A stretch of DNA of 63,889 nt, filler included, from Conidiobolus incongruus B7586 (lineage: Eukaryota), in assembly GCA_000697335.1 (NCBI GenBank). It is 3 parts of 3 records of this genome, joined end to end, with 100 filler letters (N's around TTAATTAATTAA, not from the genome) between each part and the next. Parts side by side here need not be neighbours in the genome. Positions count along the whole stretch, not along the records: positions 40,242 to 63,889 come from JNEM01006098.1; 2 more parts are not named here. One strand, 5' to 3'. Both the position numbers and the translations under genes were made by a program. The notes beneath the pieces were generated by a model. That model was not told the origin of the DNA and did not search any database. It saw only the letters and a list, made by a program, of their open reading frames with translations. Below are positions 59,591-63,889 of the stretch, piece by piece (the stretch's first letter is position 1; each line of letters begins with the position of its first letter).

Positions 59591-61524
59591 TTAATTTGAA
59601 GTTTCGGATTTCTTTTTATCGGACTTGTTTTTAGAGTGTCTGATTAAAGCTCTATAATAAAATAGGTTAATATAATGAGAAAAACCATAAAATATTGAAT
59701 TACTTTTTCTTATTAATTTGTTTTTTAACAAATTTGGGTAGTGTTGAAATGGTTTTACGTTCAACTGGTTTTTTCTTTAATTGTTTTTTGAGTTTGGCAC
59801 TAAAATAGAAATGTATTAATAACCAAAAATAATCTGTGATGTAAATAAACCTTACCTTGGTTTCTTGAGTTCTAGCATCCATTCTGGAACTTCACATCCA
59901 GATTGTCTCATAACGTTGACAATTGCTCTCAAAAAGTCAGCATCTTGATCTGTGAAGAAGGTCACAGCTTCACCTTTTCTACCAGCACGACCTGTACGAC
60001 CGATACGATGGACATAAGATTGGATGGTTTGAGGGAAATCGTAGTTGATGACTAAATTGACGCCTTTAAAATCAATACCACGAGCCATTAACTCGGTACA
60101 AATAAGAACCCAAATTTTTCCTTGTTTGAAATTTGTAATAATTTGACCTCTTTGAGCTTGTGTTCTTTCTGAGTGAATTACATCAACATTAATCTGATCA
60201 TAAACCAATTCATGGAATAGTTCTTTTGCTCTTTCGATAGATTGAACGAAAACTAATACTGGAGGTTGAATTCCTTTACTAATCATTTGTCTCATAGCAA
60301 CTAATTTGCCTGATTCTTGACCTACATAAACCAGTTCCTGCTTAATTAATTGTGTGACAGAGTTTTTGTTTCCGATAACAATTCTCGCAGGGTCATGTAG
60401 AATTGAATTGGCCAATTGTTCAACAACATCTGGGAGAGTAGCGCTAAAGAGCCCCTTCTTGAGTTTAGAGTGAGAACAAGCAGAGATGATATCGTCAATT
60501 TGTTCAACAAAACCAGGTTCAAAAAGTTTATCGGCTTCATCAAATATTAAATATTGTACATTGCTTAAATCGATCAATTCGCCTTGAATAGCTTGAACGA
60601 GACGTAAAGGAGTAGTCACTAATACGTCGAATTTGGGACGGTTGGTTGGATCCTGTTTCAAAGCAGCAGAAGTTGCTTTATTCAAGAAGTGAACTTTGAA
60701 CTTAGTAAATTTGGTAATTTTTTCAAATTGATCGTGAATTTGTTGAGCCAATTCTCTGGTTGGAGACACAATTAAAGCACGATAACCGACTTTAGAAGGT
60801 TTTTGAAGTTTTGCAATGATGGGAATGGCAAATGACAGCGTTTTACCAGTACCTGTAGGTGCGCAGGCCATAATATCGCGATCAGCGAGGATAGTCGGGA
60901 TAGATTGCATCTGAATTGGAGTTAAATTGTTAAAGTTTAATTGAGGGAGATTCTTTTTTAAGAAATCCGGTATATCATCTCTAGCAAATATCATTAATAT
61001 GTAAAAAAAAGAATATTATTAATATATACCTTTGGAGCAATACATCGATATGATTAATAGGGAATGGAATATCATTGCCATATACGTGAATCTTTTTCTT
61101 TTTTCTAAAATTTTTAGCTCTATTTTCGGTTTCAATAGGTGCTATTTCCTCTATTCAAATATTTAATATATTGCATATTAAATGTATCATTGCATAAGTA
61201 CCTTGCTGGTTATCTTCATTATCGTCCTCTTCAACCTCTTCATTATCATTAACCTCATCCTCTTCAACCTCTTTTTCAATTTTAGCCTTTTTATTGGAAT
61301 GTTTGTGAGTGTTGAAAAAGTCTAAGCCTTTAGGTAATTCTTGGTTTAACAAATCTTCACCGACTAACGTCTTATTGTTTTTATTGGGCTAAAAATATTA
61401 TTATTCAATAATTTGATTAAAATTTCCTAATTTATTCAAAATTTACCACAAATTTATCAATATCTTTTTTAAATTTTTGTTTATTGAAACTAGCTCCGGA
61501 ACCCAAAGCGTAAAATAGATCCAT
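59591..61524 (-). CDS. ROK1: DEAD-box RNA helicase Rok1/DDX52 (multi-exon)
   Basis: TPIQMQSIP, APTGTGKT, PTRELA.Q, DEADKLF, SAT, PPVLVFVQSIERAKELFHEL, HRIGRTGRAG. N-terminus MDLFYALGSGASF. Confidence 0.95.
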
Positions 61525-62025
61525 TATAAAATATATTTATGTTATAGACTAATGTTTGATGAAATTATTATTGATTAATTTAAAAATTTAGAAATTAATA
61601 TAAAATGATTGAATTTATTAAATTAGATAGGGACAAAATTTCTTGATAGTGAATTTATACTCTATTCAATTGTAAGTGATTATTATGGGATTTTCCACAT
61701 TTTTATGATTTATTTTTATCAAATCAATTATGGTAAAATATATTCATTATAATATTACTTATATTTTCATTAATGTATTATTTTAAAAATTAAGCTAGTT
61801 AAATATTATATCAAAATCAATTATTTTTATGAGAAATTTAGTTTTCATTGTGAGAAAAATTCATTCATATACGTATTACCATATTATTTTGTTTCATTTG
61901 TATACAAATATTTTATATTCATCATATATAAAAAATATGTATAAAATAATTGCAATCAATCAAATTAGATAATTATTCTAAATATAAACCTTTATTAACA
62001 TTGTTCTATAAATGTATCGAATAGA

Positions 62026-63889
<1,864 letters not shown>

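Overview
AT-rich eukaryotic (fungal) scaffold window with short (~50-80 nt) GT-AG introns and two N-gaps containing an artificial TTAATTAATTAA linker. Composition, intron size and gene content suggest an early-diverging fungus such as Entomophthoromycota/Conidiobolus (inference only). Genes, in order: partial ABCC transporter, CDC48 (copy A, -), tRNA-Leu(CAA), vacuolar-type subtilisin, CDC48 (copy B, +), PH-domain protein, THI4, ROM2-like RhoGEF, BIT61/HbrB, PTC7, SPT6, RRM/glycine-rich protein, secreted tyrosinase, SEC10, ROK1 and partial AFG2. The intergenic DNA holds three heavily C>T/G>A-mutated DD34D mariner copies, two solo-LTR-like islands, a polyadenylated retroposon with a 14-bp TSD just upstream of SEC10, and an unidentified decayed repeat. 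Most notable: (1) a 724-bp TGT...ACA element with imperfect TIRs and a 5-bp TSD, nested in a mariner and carrying one compact PD-(D/E)XK (HsdR-N-like) nuclease gene; (2) two CDC48 genes forming a ~2.5-kb near-identical inverted repeat with diverged flanks and first intron; (3) a DD34D mariner of a type best known from animals, with RIP-like decay; (4) a THI4 with plant-type signature motifs.
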